A DNA stretch of 64,000 nucleotides from an uncultured Planctomycetaceae bacterium (lineage in GTDB: Bacteria > Planctomycetota > Planctomycetia > Isosphaerales > Isosphaeraceae): assembly GCA_963833985.1 (NCBI GenBank), contig CAWIAD010000002.1, forward strand, positions 5,792,001 to 5,856,000, in the 5' to 3' direction. The notes under the pieces are model-generated. The model ran no database searches. It had not been told where the DNA came from and saw nothing but the letters and a program-made list of their open reading frames with translations. This document shows positions 33,403 to 46,400 of the stretch, one piece after another (positions within the stretch are counted from its first letter, which is position 1; every line of letters begins with the position of its first letter). Both the position numbers and the translations under genes were made by a program.

Positions 33403-34326
33403 GAATCCCCCGGTCGTCGAGGTCGCTGACTGCGTGGCTCAGACCTACTTCCAGCATAACCATCCCGTAGGTGCCGCGCCGCGCCGATCCTGTCGTGCCC
33501 CGCCTCTCTCCTGTTGCAAGCGCAACGGAACGAATTGATGCGATTGATAGGTATTTGGATCTCGCACCTTCACCCGGAGCGCGCACGGCAATGTTGCATT
33601 CGCCGCATGTTGTTTGAAATCAACAAAACGATGCGTTGCCGTAACTTCGCTTGCCGACTCTTGCGGTGCTGCGGGCGGGTCCATCCGAGCACACTCTCAT
33701 GGTAAAGCCCGATTCAGTGGGACTTTAGGTCGAAGGATTCTGACCGGATCGGCCACCTTTGATTGTTTTAAGAAACGCCACAATAATTTTGTTTGCATCC
33801 AAAGAGGGCTCCGTTCTAGAATGGCCGCTCTCCCGCAGCAGGAGTTGCTTGCTCCTGAAATCTGATTAGAGAAGTGCATCTCCAAATGTGGATCTTACAG
33901 GCAATCGCTCTTTTACGTGTTGGTCCTCTCCGAAAACATACGGTTCCTAGACCTTGATGATCACCTGCTCGTGATTGCACACGCTAACGGTTCCGGTTTT
34001 TGAGGCGCTGACGGTCTGGTTGTTGGGTTACTTAGTCCACTGATCGCCCTCTCCACACAAGCGCCCCTCGGATTCCGGAACAACACAAGTGCCGGTCGGG
34101 ATCTTCCGGCCCGGTGCTACTCAGTCGATCGGGAAACTCGTGTTCCTCCAGTGACGTGCCGGAAACGGCCGAGGCACGCCGCGGGACGTTTCGTTCGCCC
34201 GGTCCGCTCGGGCCGGTGAACGAAGCCGAATGGTGTGGGCAGAGAACCATGAGATAGCCAGGCGCCAAACCGACAAGTTGAGCGACCGTGGAAGACGGTC
34301 TTTGACGATATTGCAAGGGGCAAGCA
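33403..34326. promoter_or_regulatory. Long divergent control region and leader between the decarboxylase and the PKS operon
   Basis: About 920 bp without a credible ORF; visibly more AT-rich at ~33520-33960; hairpins at 34155-34224. Confidence 0.6.
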
Positions 34327-37300
34327 ATGATCGCCAATGATTCCTTCGATTTCTTCTGTGTGACACCCTGCGGTCTGTGGGACCCGGGCATTGCCATTGC
34401 AGCCGCTCGTGCGGGCGCAATCGGCATACTCGATCTCACTTACGCAAGCGAGGCCGCGGGCGTGCCGGAACCGGTGGAGCGGCTTTCCAGGCTCGCGCAG
34501 TGGGCGCCACGGCCTGTTGCTGCACGGCTGGCTGGGAGAGGTTGGCTCAAGGGCGCTGGAGGTCCTCGCACATGCCGAGGCGATCCTGCTCACCTGCGAG
34601 CCTCTGGACGTACTGGCAGGCACGCTTGCCGCCTGCCGCCCGGCAGCGCGTCGAGTGGGACTCATCGTCACCAGCGAGCCCGAGGCGCGAAGGGCCGCGG
34701 AGCTCGGCTTCGACTTCGTCGTGGCCAAGGGGCACGAGGCGGGGGGACGGGTCGGGGAGGAGACGACGTTCGTGCTGCTCCAGCGGCTGGTGCCGCTGTT
34801 GGGGCTGCCCGTTTATGCGTGGGGCGGCGTCGGGCCGGCCACCGTTGCGGGCTGCCGAGTCGGCGGCGCGGCCGGCGCGGTACTCGACTGGCAGCTCGCA
34901 CTGGCCCGGGAATCCTCGCTGCCCCCGGCGCTGCGGCGTGCGGTGGCGGCCATGGACGGCAGCGAGACGACAACAGTTCTCTGTCCGGGGGGCGGGTCCT
35001 TCCGTCTCTTCGCGCGGGCTGCCACCCCTGCCAGGGACCAGCTTGCGGCCCTTTCCGAAAAGCTGGCCGCCGAGGACTCCACCGATTCCGAGGCCTGGGA
35101 CCGGACCATCAGCCGTCTGATGAGCGAGCCGCGCATCAGCAGCCGGCTCTGGGCCATCGGCCAGGACGCCGCCTTTGCGTCCCATCTGGCGGGCGAGGTC
35201 TCTTCAGTCGCGCGGCTTCTCGACCAGTTCCGTGAACCGATCGCCGCCCTGGAACGCGGCGAGCTTGAAGCCGACGTTCTGGGGCCTGGTGCCCCGCTGG
35301 CCCGGTCGCACGGCACGGCATACCCGATCTTACAGGGGCCGATGACGCGCGTCAGCGATGTACCCGAGTTCTGTGCGGCCGTGGCCGACGCAGGGGGGCT
35401 GCCGTTCCTGGCGCTGGCGCTGTTCCGAGAGGCACAGACACGCGATCTGTTGACGCGCACCGCGGCTTTACTGGCTGGCCGCCCCTGGGGCGTCGGCATC
35501 CTCGGGTTCGTGGACCGCGAGCTACGCGCCGAGCAGACGACCGCCGTGCTCGCGGCACGGCCGCCTTTTGCCATCATCGCGGGCGGCCGTCCCGACCAGG
35601 CGGCCGTCCTCGAAGCTGCGGGGATTACCACCTACCTGCACGTCCCCTCGCCCGACCTGCTGGCCAGCTTCCTCGAGGCGGGCGCGCGGCGGTTCGTCTT
35701 CGAGGGCCGGGAGTGCGGGGGCCACGTCGGCCCGCGAAGCAGCTTCGTGCTCTGGGAATCGATGATCCGCGTGCTGGTCCAGTCCGGGCTTCCAGATGCG
35801 GAGATGCGGAAGATCCACGTGGCGTTCGCGGGCGGCATCCACGACGCGACGAGCGGGGCGATGGTCGCGGCGATCGCGCAGCCGCTGGTGAAGCGCGGCG
35901 TGAATGTGGGCGCCCTCCTGGGCACCGCGTACCTCTTCACCGAGGAGATCGTCAGCTCGAACGCCATCGTTTCCCAGTTCCAGGAGATCGCCAGGAGCTG
36001 CGATCAGACCATCCTGGTCGAATCGGGCCCGGGACACGCCATCCGCTGCGCGGATACCAAGTACGTTCGCTACTTCGAGGCCCGCAAGGTCGAGCTGATG
36101 CGCGCAGGCCGTCCCCAGGAGGAGATCCGCGAGGAGCTCGAGGCGCTGAACATGGGGCGTTTGCGGATCGCCTCCAAGGGAATTGTCCGCCAGCCGGCAG
36201 CCGCGTCGGGCGGCGACGGACTGGTGCGTGTGGATATCCGCCAGCAGGAACGCGACGGCATGTACATGATCGGCCAGGTGGCCGCACTGCGGCGGAACAT
36301 CTGCACGATCGCGGAGATGCACCGCGACGTCTCTGCGGGTTCCGCCGGCCGGCTCGCGACCTGGACGAGCCTGCCCGCGGTTCCGCGGATCGACGTGGAG
36401 CCGTCTGCCCCGCCCCTGGAGATCGCCGTCGTCGGCCTCTCGTGCCTTGTGCCAGGCGCCACGACGATCACCGAGCTCTGGGACAGCATCATCCAGAAAC
36501 GCGACCTGATTGCCGAGATCCCCCCTGACCGGTTCGACGTCGACCGCTGGTTCGACCCCGACCGCGGCACCCGCGACAAGTTCAACAGCCGCTGGGGCGG
36601 CTTCCTGGCCGAGGTCCCGTTCGACCCGTTCAAGTTCGGCATCCCGCCGGCCGCCTTGCGGAGTATCGAGCCGGCGCAACTGCTGGCCCTCGAGGTGGTC
36701 GACCGCGTGCTCCGCGATGCCGGCTATCACGGCCGCAACCCTGCCAGGGCTCGCACCGGAGTGATCTTCGGTGTGTCGGGAGGAGCGGCCGACCTGGGCT
36801 TGAAGTATGGCTTCCGAGCCCTGCTTCCCCATTATTTCGAGAACCCCGGAGCGCTGCTGTGGGACCAGTTGCCCGAGTGGACCGAGGACAGCTTCGCGGG
36901 CATCCTCGCGAACGTGCTGGCGGGCCGGATCAGTAACCGGTTCGACCTGGGCGGCCCCAACTTCACGGTCGACGCGGCGTGCGCCTCGTCGCTGGCGGCG
37001 GTGTACCTGGGCTGCCGCGAACTGGCGGCCGGAACCAGCGACATGATGATCGTCGGCGGCTGCGACACGGTGCAGAACCCCTTCGCCTACCTCTGCTTCT
37101 CCAAGAGTGGTGCGCTCTCGCCCCGGGGCCGGTCGCGGGCATTCGATGCCAGCGCCGACGGCATCGTGATCAGCGAGGGGCTGGCGGCCGTGGTCCTCAA
37201 GCGGCTCGCCGACGCCGAGCGCGACGGCGATCGCATCTACGCCGTCATCCGGGCGGTGGCAGGCGCCTCCGACGGCCGCAGCAAGGGGCTCACCGCTCCC

Positions 37301-40300
37301 CGGCCGGAAGGCCAGATGCTCACGCTCCGCCGCGCGTACGCCCAGGCCGGCTTCGGACCCGAGACGGTCGGCCTCTTCGAGGCTCACGGCACCGGCACGG
37401 CGGTCGGCGACGCAACCGAGTGCCGGACACTGGCAAACCTGCTGGCCGATCGTGGGGCAGCCCCTCAGTCCGCGGCGGTGGGCAGCATCAAATCGATGAT
37501 CGGCCACACCAAGTCCACGGCCGGCGTCATCAGCCTGATCAAGACGTCGCTCGCCCTCTACCACCGGGTGCTCCCACCCACACTGCATGTGGAACGGCCG
37601 AACCCGAAAGCCGGCATGGACGGCGGAGCGCTCTACGTGAATACGGAACTGCGGCCGTGGATCCGCAACAGCCATCCCCGGCGGGCCGGCGTCTCGTCGT
37701 TCGGTTTCGGCGGCACGAACTTCCACGCCGTGCTGGAGGGCTACGAAGATCAGGCGGGCACGCCGGCGCGGGAGCCGGCCCACCGCAGCCGGTCGGCCGA
37801 GCTGGTCGTCCTCTCGGGCCGATCGACGGCGGATCTCGCCGCGCGGCTGCGCGGCCTTGCCGGCGACCTGAAGCGGGCCGTCGCGGGGGGAGCCAGGCTG
37901 GAGCTGGCCGATGTCGCCTATACCCTCTTCCGGCGCTCGCCGCTGGCGGCGGCCGGGCCCCGGGCCGCGATCGTGGCCACCAGCATCGACCAGCTCCAGG
38001 AAAAGCTGGCGGCCGCGGCCGACGGCCTGGAGGCAAACGAATCACCGCGTCCCGAAGCGCTGCTCCAGCGTGACTCCGGCCCGGCCTGGCTCGGTCGCGG
38101 CACACCGCTGGCCTTCCTGTTCCCGGGCCAGGGCGCGCAGTACCCGAACATGCTCCGCGAGCTGGCCACTGAGTTTGCCGAGGTCTCCAGCACCTTCGAG
38201 CGCGCCGACGCGATCCTGGGCGGAGCCTATCCCCGCCGGCTCAGCGAGCTCATCTTCCCACCCCCCGCGTTCAGCGACCAGGAGCGGCTCCAGGCGGCCG
38301 AGGCCCTGAAATCGACCGATGTCGCGCAGCCCGCGCTGGGGGCGTCCGGTCTGGCCCTGCTCCGCCTCATGGCCGCCTTCGGAGTCCGGCCCGACCTGGT
38401 CGGCGGACACAGCTACGGCGAGCTCGTGGCCCTGCACGCCGCTGGAAGCCTGGATGAAGCGACCCTGTTCCAGCTTTCGCTGGCCCGCGGCCAGGCGATG
38501 CATCGGGCGGCCGGCGGCTCCCCAGGTGCCGACGCCGGCACCATGCTCGCCGCCCATGCCGACCGCGGCGAGGTGCTCCGTGCGATCGAGGGCTGTGAGA
38601 ACGTGTGGGTCGCGAACCACAACAGTCCCCGCCAGACGGTGATCAGTGGGTCCAGGTCGGGGATCGCCGGCGCGGCCAGGCGGCTCGAGGCCGCGGGAAT
38701 CAACACCTCGGCCATCGCGGTGGCCTGTGCCTTCCACAGCCCGATCGTGGCCCCGGCCCGCGAGCAGTTCGAGCAAGCGCTGCGGCAAGCCGAGATCCGC
38801 CCCCCTGCCCTGCCGGTGTACAGCAACGTGACGGCCGCGGCCCACGCCGCCGATCCCGATCGGATCCGTGAGCTCCTGAGCGAGCAGATCGTCCGCGAGG
38901 TTCGCTTCGTCGACGAGGTGGAAGCACTTTACGAGGCGGGAGCGCGGGTCTTCGTCGAGCTTGGCCCCGGCGCGGTGGGAGCCAGGCTGGTGAGCCAGAT
39001 TCTCGGCGATCGGCCACACGTGTCGATCGGCTTGCAGGCGCGTGGGACCGGCGGGCTGGAGCCGTTCCTCCGCGGCCTGGCGGAACTGGTGCTGCATGGT
39101 GTCGAGGTCAACCTGGAGCGGCTCTACGAGGGCCGCCGGCTCGAACTCCTCGATCTTGGCAATCCGTCAGCACTTGCCCCGCCCGCGCTGCCCGCGCACA
39201 CCTGGTTGGTGGACGGTGGGTCGGCCCGGCCGATCGGCGAGCCACGGAAGCGAGCCCTCCGCGCAACCCTGGTGTCACCGGAAGAGGCCCGCAACGGGGC
39301 AAACGCGGCTGTGCAACCAGCCGGCAACGGGCACGCGCCGGCCGCGGCGCACGCCGGCCGGAGCAACGGTGAGCCCCGACACGTCGCGAACAACGGCCAC
39401 GATAGCGCACACAGCAACGGTAGCGCACGCAGCCACGGTGCCAGCAACGAGCAGGCAAGCCACGGCAACGGAACACACGACGATGCGGTGGCCCACAAGA
39501 ATGGGGCCAACGCCCATGCGGCCGCTCACCCCGGTGATTCGAGGCTCACGACCATGACAACGGCCAAGCTGAAAAACCCCGCGCCCTCCAACGGCCACTC
39601 CCACCCTCCGGACAGCGCAGCCCCCGAGTCGAGGTCCCAGGTTGTCCCGAACGGGCAGAAGACGAGCAACGGTTCCCCGCCGGCCCGGGTCCCCGATCAC
39701 CCGACCGGGGCACCGCTCCAGGCAGACCTGGATGCCTACGCCGATTTTCAGAGGACGATGAGGCGGTTCATCCGGGCCCAGAACTCGGTCCTCGAGGCCT
39801 TTTTCGATCGCGCCAGCTCCGGCGGAGCAGGCCTGGATCTCGGATTCGGCCAGGCGGCAACGGTTGTGCCGTTCGCGGTGAACGGGCATTCCGAAGCACA
39901 GCCTGCCGCCCAGGCAACACCATCGGTTGCAATCGACATCCCCCCCTTCATGCCGCAACCGGTGCGAAACGGCAGCACCCACGATGAAACGGCCGCGGCT
40001 CCGACTCCGGTCCAGCTTCAGCCAGTTGCACCCTCACTGCCGCCCCCGACCGCCACGGTTGTGACGAGTGGACTCGGCGTGGCGGAAGCGGAACACCTCC
40101 TGCTGGAGATCACCAGCGAGCGCACGGGTTACCCTGCGGAGATGCTGGGTCTGGACGCGAACCTGGAGGCGGAGCTGGGGATCGACTCGATCAAGCGGGT
40201 GGAGATCATCGGCGCGTTCCGTCGCCGGGCGTTGCCCGGACTTGGCGAGCCGCCGGGGTGGTTCATGGAGGAGATGAGCGCGGCGAAGACGCTGCGGGCG

Positions 40301-43300
40301 ATCCTCGCGGGGGTGGCGAAGCTGGGGGCCGCGGACGGCAGCGCGGCGGCGTCCCCGGTCGCACCACTGCTTGCGGCCGCGACGGTGCCGGGCCCGAGCC
40401 CCGCGGACGCGGAGGGCATGCTGCTGGAGATCACCAGCGAGCGCACGGGTTACCCCGCGGAGATGCTGGGTCTGGACGCGAACCTGGAGGCGGAGCTGGG
40501 GATCGACTCGATCAAGCGGGTGGAGATCATCGGCGCGTTCCGTCGGCGGGCGTTGCCGGGTCTTGGGGAGCCGCCGGGGTGGTTCATGGAGGAGATGAGC
40601 GCGGCGAAGACGTTGCGGGCGATCCTCGCGGGGGTGGCGAAGCTGGGAGCCGCGGACGGCAGCGCGGCGGCGCACCCGGTCGCACCACTGGTTGCGGCAG
40701 CAACGGTGCCGGGTCCGAGCCCTGCGGACGCGGAGGGCATGCTGCTGGAGATCACCAGCGAGCGCACGGGTTACCCGGCGGAGATGCTGGGTCTGGACGC
40801 GAATCTGGAGGCGGAGCTTGGGATCGACTCGATCAAGCGGGTGGAGATCATCGGCGCGTTCCGTCGCCGTGCGTTGCCCGGTCTCGGCGAGCCGCCGGGG
40901 TGGTTCATGGAGGAGATGAGCGCGGCGAAGACCTTGCGGGCAATCCTCGCGGGGGTGGCGAAGCTGGGGGATCAGCCATCCGCCGCTTCCACGACCGAGG
41001 TCGCAGCGCCGGTCGAGACGCGTGACCACCACGCCGGGATGACCCTGGATGCTTGCCCCAGGTGCGTGGCGGAAGCATTCGAGGAACCTCAGGGCGCCGA
41101 CGCATGCAGCGTCCTGCCCGAGGGCGTCTGGATTCTCACGGACGACGGTCACGGCTACGCGCCGATGCTGGCCCGGGAGATCGAGCAGGGGGGCGGCCGC
41201 CCGGTTCTCCTGCGGGATGCCGATCTGAGCACTCGCGAGGCGGTGGCGAGAGTTGTCGACCCCTTGCGGCAGGAAGGAATCGCCGGAGTCATTCATCTGG
41301 CGCCGCTCCGCCTGCGCCGAGCTTCCCGGGCATTGCGGCCGAGGACTGGGCCGGCCGCGTGAATATCGAATGGAAGGGTTTGCTGTTCTTGATGCAGGCC
41401 GTTGTGCCCGAGCTGCGCGCCGCGAAGAACGGGTCGTTCTCCGTCGTCGCCTTGACGAGCGGTGGTGCGCAGTTCGGGGGCGAACCCGAGCTGGAGCTGA
41501 CCTGCCCGTGGCGCGGAGGGATCGCGGGAATGCTCAAGACGGCGGCCCGGGAATGGCCCGAGGCGCGGTTCCGCACGGTCGACGCCGACGAGCTTCCGGA
41601 GCCGGCGGCCCTGCTTCTGGAACCGGTCACGAGCGGCTCCGTGGAGGTGGGCTACCGGGGAGGCCGCCGCTTCGCCTTGCGGGTCATACGAAAAGAAATG
41701 TCCCCCAATCCGGGGACGCTCGAAGGTGTCCTGGACGCACGTAGCGTTGTGCTCGTGACCGGCGGAGCCCAGGGCATCACGGGCGAGGTGGTCCGCGAGC
41801 TGGCCGCGCACTCGCGTGCGACGTTCGTCTTGCTTGGCCGCTCGCAGCCGCCCGCTGCCGCTGAGGACTCCGAGACCGCGGCGCTTTCGAGCGTCGCCGA
41901 GCTCCGGCAAGCCATTCTCAGCCGCACGCGACGGGAAGGCCTCACCCTCGTTCCCCAGCAGATTGAGGCGAGGCTCCAGCGATTGCTCAGGGAGCGCGAG
42001 ATCCGCGCCACCTTGAAGGCAATCCGGGCGGCCGGCTCGAACGTCGAGTACCTCTCGTGCGATGTGCGCGACGGCGCACAGCTCGAGGCGATCGTCGCGA
42101 TGGTTCGCGAACGGTTCGGGGAGATCGACGGAGTCATTCACGGAGCCGGCATCATCGAGGATCGGCTCATCGCCGACAAGCTGGTTGACTCGTTTGACCG
42201 GGTCGTGGGCACCAAGATCGATCCGCTGCTGACGCTTCTGCCCGTGCTGGATGCCGCGCGTTTGAGATTCATCCTGCTCTTCTCGTCGGTGGCCGGATTC
42301 TTCGGCAACCCGGGCCAGGTGGATTACGCGGCCGCCAACGAGACACTCAACCGCATCGCTGGGCGGCTCCGCCATCTGGGTTACAAGAAAGTGGTTGCGC
42401 TCAACTGGGGCCCCTGGACTGGCGCCGGGATGGTCAAGCCGGAAGTGGCGCGGCAATTCGAGTCGCGCGGGGTTCCCATGGTCACGGTGGAAGCCGGCCG
42501 GCCGGCGGTCCTGCGGGAGCTTGCCAGCCCGGGCGACGACGCCTGCGTGATCCTGGGGCCAGGCCCCTGGGTTGAGCCCGCGGATCGCATCCGCTCCCGG
42601 CGATCCTCGGCGGAATCCACGCCACTCCTTGCGGGGCATGCGCTGGCACACCTTGCGGGCAGCGTGGTGGAGGCCTCGGTCATTCTCGACCCGTCCCGCC
42701 AACCTTATCTCAACCACCATGAGATCGACGGCAAGCCGGTACTTCCCCTGGCCGTCGCCATGGAGTTGATGGCCGAGGCGGCCGCGGCCGCCGAGCCCGA
42801 ATGGCATGTCGTCGAGATCCAGAACGTGCGGATGTATTCGGGAGTGGTCATTGGCGGTCGACCGCGTACGGTCGCGGTCCGCGCCGAGCCCATCGTCCGG
42901 AGCGAAAGCGAGGGCGAGTGGCGGGTGCGCCTGACCGATCCGGCCCAGCCGGGTCGGCCGCTCTACGAGTCGATGGTGCGGATGGCCGCGCAGCGTCCCG
43001 TGCCGCCGCCGGCACCGGCCATCGATCGCATCGCCGATCCATTTACCATGAGCGCCGCGGAGACCTACATCCGCTGGCTCTTCCACGGCCGTCTGCTGTG
43101 GGTGATCGAGGATCTCAGGAGCCTCGACTCCAGCGGCATGGACGCGATTGTTCGTCCGTCGAGCCCGCAAGATTGCCTGGGCCGGCACGTCGGCCGCGGC
43201 TGGCTCATTGACCCCATCGTGCTGGATGCCGGCCCCCAGATCGCCACGTTCTGGAGCCGCAGGATGTATGACACGACCGTGCTGCCCAGCCGGATCAAGT

Positions 43301-43494
43301 CATTCGAGTGCTACGGCTCGATGGCGGGAGGGCCGCTGGAGATGATTCTTCGGGTGCACAACGTCGAGGCCGAAGGAAACCTCCTGGAGGCCTCGGTCTG
43401 GTACCTGCGGGACGGCCGCCTGATCGGCAAGATGGTGGGCCTGGAAAGCGCGGGGAATTCCAATTTGAACCGCATCACCGGGAGCCCGCGCTGA
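34327..43494 (+). CDS. PKS1: iterative Pfa/HglE-like type I PKS, (NMO/FabK-like ER)x2-KS-AT-ACPx3-KR-DH; frameshifts at ~34500 and ~41310
   Basis: ER: QGPMTRVSD, EGRECGGHVG, FAGGIHD; KS: DAACASS, EAHGTGT, KSMIGHTK; AT: GHSYG, CAFHS; three copies of LGIDSIKRVEI; KR: VTGGAQGI, YAAAN; DH: HEIDGKPVLP. Confidence 0.93.
40100..40968 (+). repeat. Three near-identical tandem ACP-encoding repeats with a 321-bp period
   Basis: ctgctggagatcaccagcgagcgcacggg occurs at 40100, 40421 and 40742. Confidence 0.95.
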
Positions 43495-46400
43495 TGCCTC
43501 CAGCCCACACCCGCACGCAAGACATCAGCCCAGGGGAAGACATTGCCATCGTCGGTATGGCGTGCATCTTCCCGGGCGCCGATTCCCTTGAAAAGTACTG
43601 GCAGAACATCCTCGGCCAGGTTGATTGCGTGTCGGATCCGCCTCCGAAACACAGCGCGGAGTGGCGGACCGCCACGGACCCACGCAGCTCCGAGCCGGTG
43701 TACGCTTCACGCGGGGGCTTCCTGGGCGACCTCTGCCGCTTCGACCCGACGCGCTTCGGCGTGCTGCCCGCGAGCGTGGACGGCGGCGAGCCCGACCAGT
43801 ACCTGGCGCTCCGCTGCGCCTTCGAGGCCCTGGCCGATGCCGGCGTCCCGCAGCTTCCCCTGAACCGCCAGCGCACGGCCGTGATCATGGGCCGGGGGGC
43901 GTTCATCAACCGGGGCCTGCTCGCCTGGATCAATCACGGAGCCGTCGTCGACCAGGTGCTGGGGCTGCTCCGCGTTCTGGAACCCGACCGGGGCGAGCAG
44001 GAGCTGGCCGCCCTTGCCGCCGAGCTGAAACGGAACCTGCCACCCTTTACTTCAGAGTCCGTTCCCGGCCTCGCTCACAGCGTCCTCGTCGGCCGCATCG
44101 CCAACCGCCTGGATCTGATGGGTCCGGCGTACACGCTCGATGCCGCCTGCTCCTCTTCGCTCCTGGCGGTGGAGCACGGCATTCGCGAGCTCAGGTCCGG
44201 GCACTGCGACGCGGTCCTCGCCGGCGGCGTCCAGGTGAGCACGCCGGCTCTCATCTACCAGACCTTCTGCAAGATCGGCGCGCCCAGCCGGAGCGGTCGA
44301 ATCGCCCCCTTCTCGGCGACCGCCGATGGGACCCTGCTCGGCGAGGGCTGCGGGATCCTGGTGCTCAAGCGGCGCAGCGACGCGGAGCGCGATGGGAACC
44401 GGATCTACGCCGTGGTGAAGGAGGTCGGCGTCTCCTCCGACGGCAACGGGGCCGGCATCCTCGCCCCGCGCACCGAGGGCCAGCAGCTGGCCATGCGTCG
44501 CGCTTACGAGCAAGCCGGACTATCGACCGGGTCGATCGCTCTTCTGGAAGCCCACGGTACGGGAATTCCGCTCGGCGACCAGACGGAAATGAACTCTCTC
44601 GTGAACTGCTTCGGCGGCCGAGACGCGGAGGGGCCGCGGATCGCGCTGGGCAGCGTCAAGTCGATGCTCGGCCACCTCATCCCCGCCTCGGGTGCCGCGT
44701 CGCTCATCAAGGTGGCCCTGTCGCTGTACCACCGCACCCTGCCGCCCATGCTGCATGCCGAGACGCCGCACCCCGGGTTAGGCCTGGAGAAGACGCCGTT
44801 TTACCTGTCCACGCAGACCAGGCCCTGGATCCATGGCGCAGTCGATTCCCCGCGTCGCGCAGGGGTCAATGCGTTCGGCTTCGGCGGCATCAACACGCAC
44901 GCCATTCTCGAGGAGCACCAGGCCGCCGACGAGACGACCCTGCCCAGGCTGGAGAAGGAATGGCCCGTCGAGCTCGTCGTCGTCTCCGCCCCGGACCGAG
45001 CGTCCTTGCCCGCGCGGTTGAACGCCCTGGCCGGCTGGCTGGAGCAGGCAAGCGGCGTCTCGCTCCTGGACGTCGCGGCCGCCTGTAGCGCCGAACCGGG
45101 CGTTTGCCGGGTTGCCATCGTGGTCCAGAGCCTCGACGACCTGAAGAAGAAGCTCCTGCACGTCGCGCGGCTGCTGGAGCAGCCTGAGCGGCAGAAGATC
45201 CAGGATCGCAGCGGTCTCTTCTGGTACGCCGAGCCGCCGGGCGCGACGGGCCGCGTCGCGTTCCTCTTCCCGGGCGAAGGGGCTCAGTACGCGGGGATGC
45301 TCGGGGAGCTGTGCCGACATTTCCCCGAGGTGCGCCGGGAGTTCGATCTCACCGATCTGGCTCTGACGCTTTCGGATGCCAACCTGCCGCTCTCCCGTCA
45401 CATCTACCCGCCGCCCGGCCTCGAGCAGGGAGCGGATGCCGACCTGCTCGATCTCCAGGGGGCGGTGGTGGCCGTGACGGCGGCCAGCCGGGCGCTCCTG
45501 GCCCTGATGGGCCGGCTGGGCATCCAGGCGGATGCCGTCCTCGGGCACAGCAGTGGCGAGTACGGCGCCCTCCTGGCCGCGGGCGTATACGATCTCTCGG
45601 ACGAGGAAGAGCGCGTGCGGATGATCGGTGGAGGCGCCCGGAACGCCGTCCGCCTGGCCAGTTCCGGACTGGTTCCCGAAGCGGTCCTGACGACGATCGG
45701 TGGTGCAGATCGCGGCGCGGTCGAGCGCGTGCTCGCCGGGTCCGGCGGCCGGCTCACCATCGCTGTGGACAACTGCCCCAGCCAGCTCGTCCTCGCGGGC
45801 GACGAGGCGGCTTCGGCCGCGGCCGTCGCGGCGCTTCAGGGCAAAGGGGGGCTCTGCCAGCGGTTGCCCTGGGGAAGGGCCTACCACACCGAGGCTTTTA
45901 CCCCGGCCTGTGCCATCGTCGCCGAATACTTCCAGACCCTGCATTTCCGCAAGCCCAGGCGAGAACTCTGGTCGTGCGCCTCGGTCTCGGTGTATCCCGA
46001 AGATCCCGAGGCCGTTCGCGAGCTGGCGATCAGGCAGTGGCGAACCCCCGTACGCTTCCGCGAGACAATCCAGGCCATGCACGAGGCGGGAGTGCGCGTC
46101 TTCGTGGAGGTCGGCCCCCGCGGGAACCTCTCCGCATTCGTATCGGATACCCTGGGCAAGCAGCCCCACCTCGCCATTCGGATGGATGTTCCACGAAAGG
46201 GGGGCATCGAGCAGCTCTGCCGGGCCGTCGGCATGCTGGTCGCCGCCGGAGTGTCCGTCAACCTGGCGGAACTCTACCACAAGCGATCTCCGCGCCTCCT
46301 GGACCTGTCCGCCACTCCGCCGAAACCCCCCCGCGTTCAGCCTCCGCTCAGCCAGGTGATGCCGGAACTCAAGGTCTCGGAAGCGGTCGCCCGGCGCTGG

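Noticed and set aside
33403..34030. Short ORFs in the intergenic region
   Set aside because: No RBS, atypical composition and no recognisable motifs
34140..34230. c-di-GMP-I riboswitch suggested by the GAAA tetraloop
   Set aside because: The flanking GGCAAAC and GCAAAGC consensus elements are not present
40100..40968. Direct repeats as a CRISPR array or mobile element
   Set aside because: The 321-bp units are in frame and encode ACP domains; there are no unique spacers or cas genes
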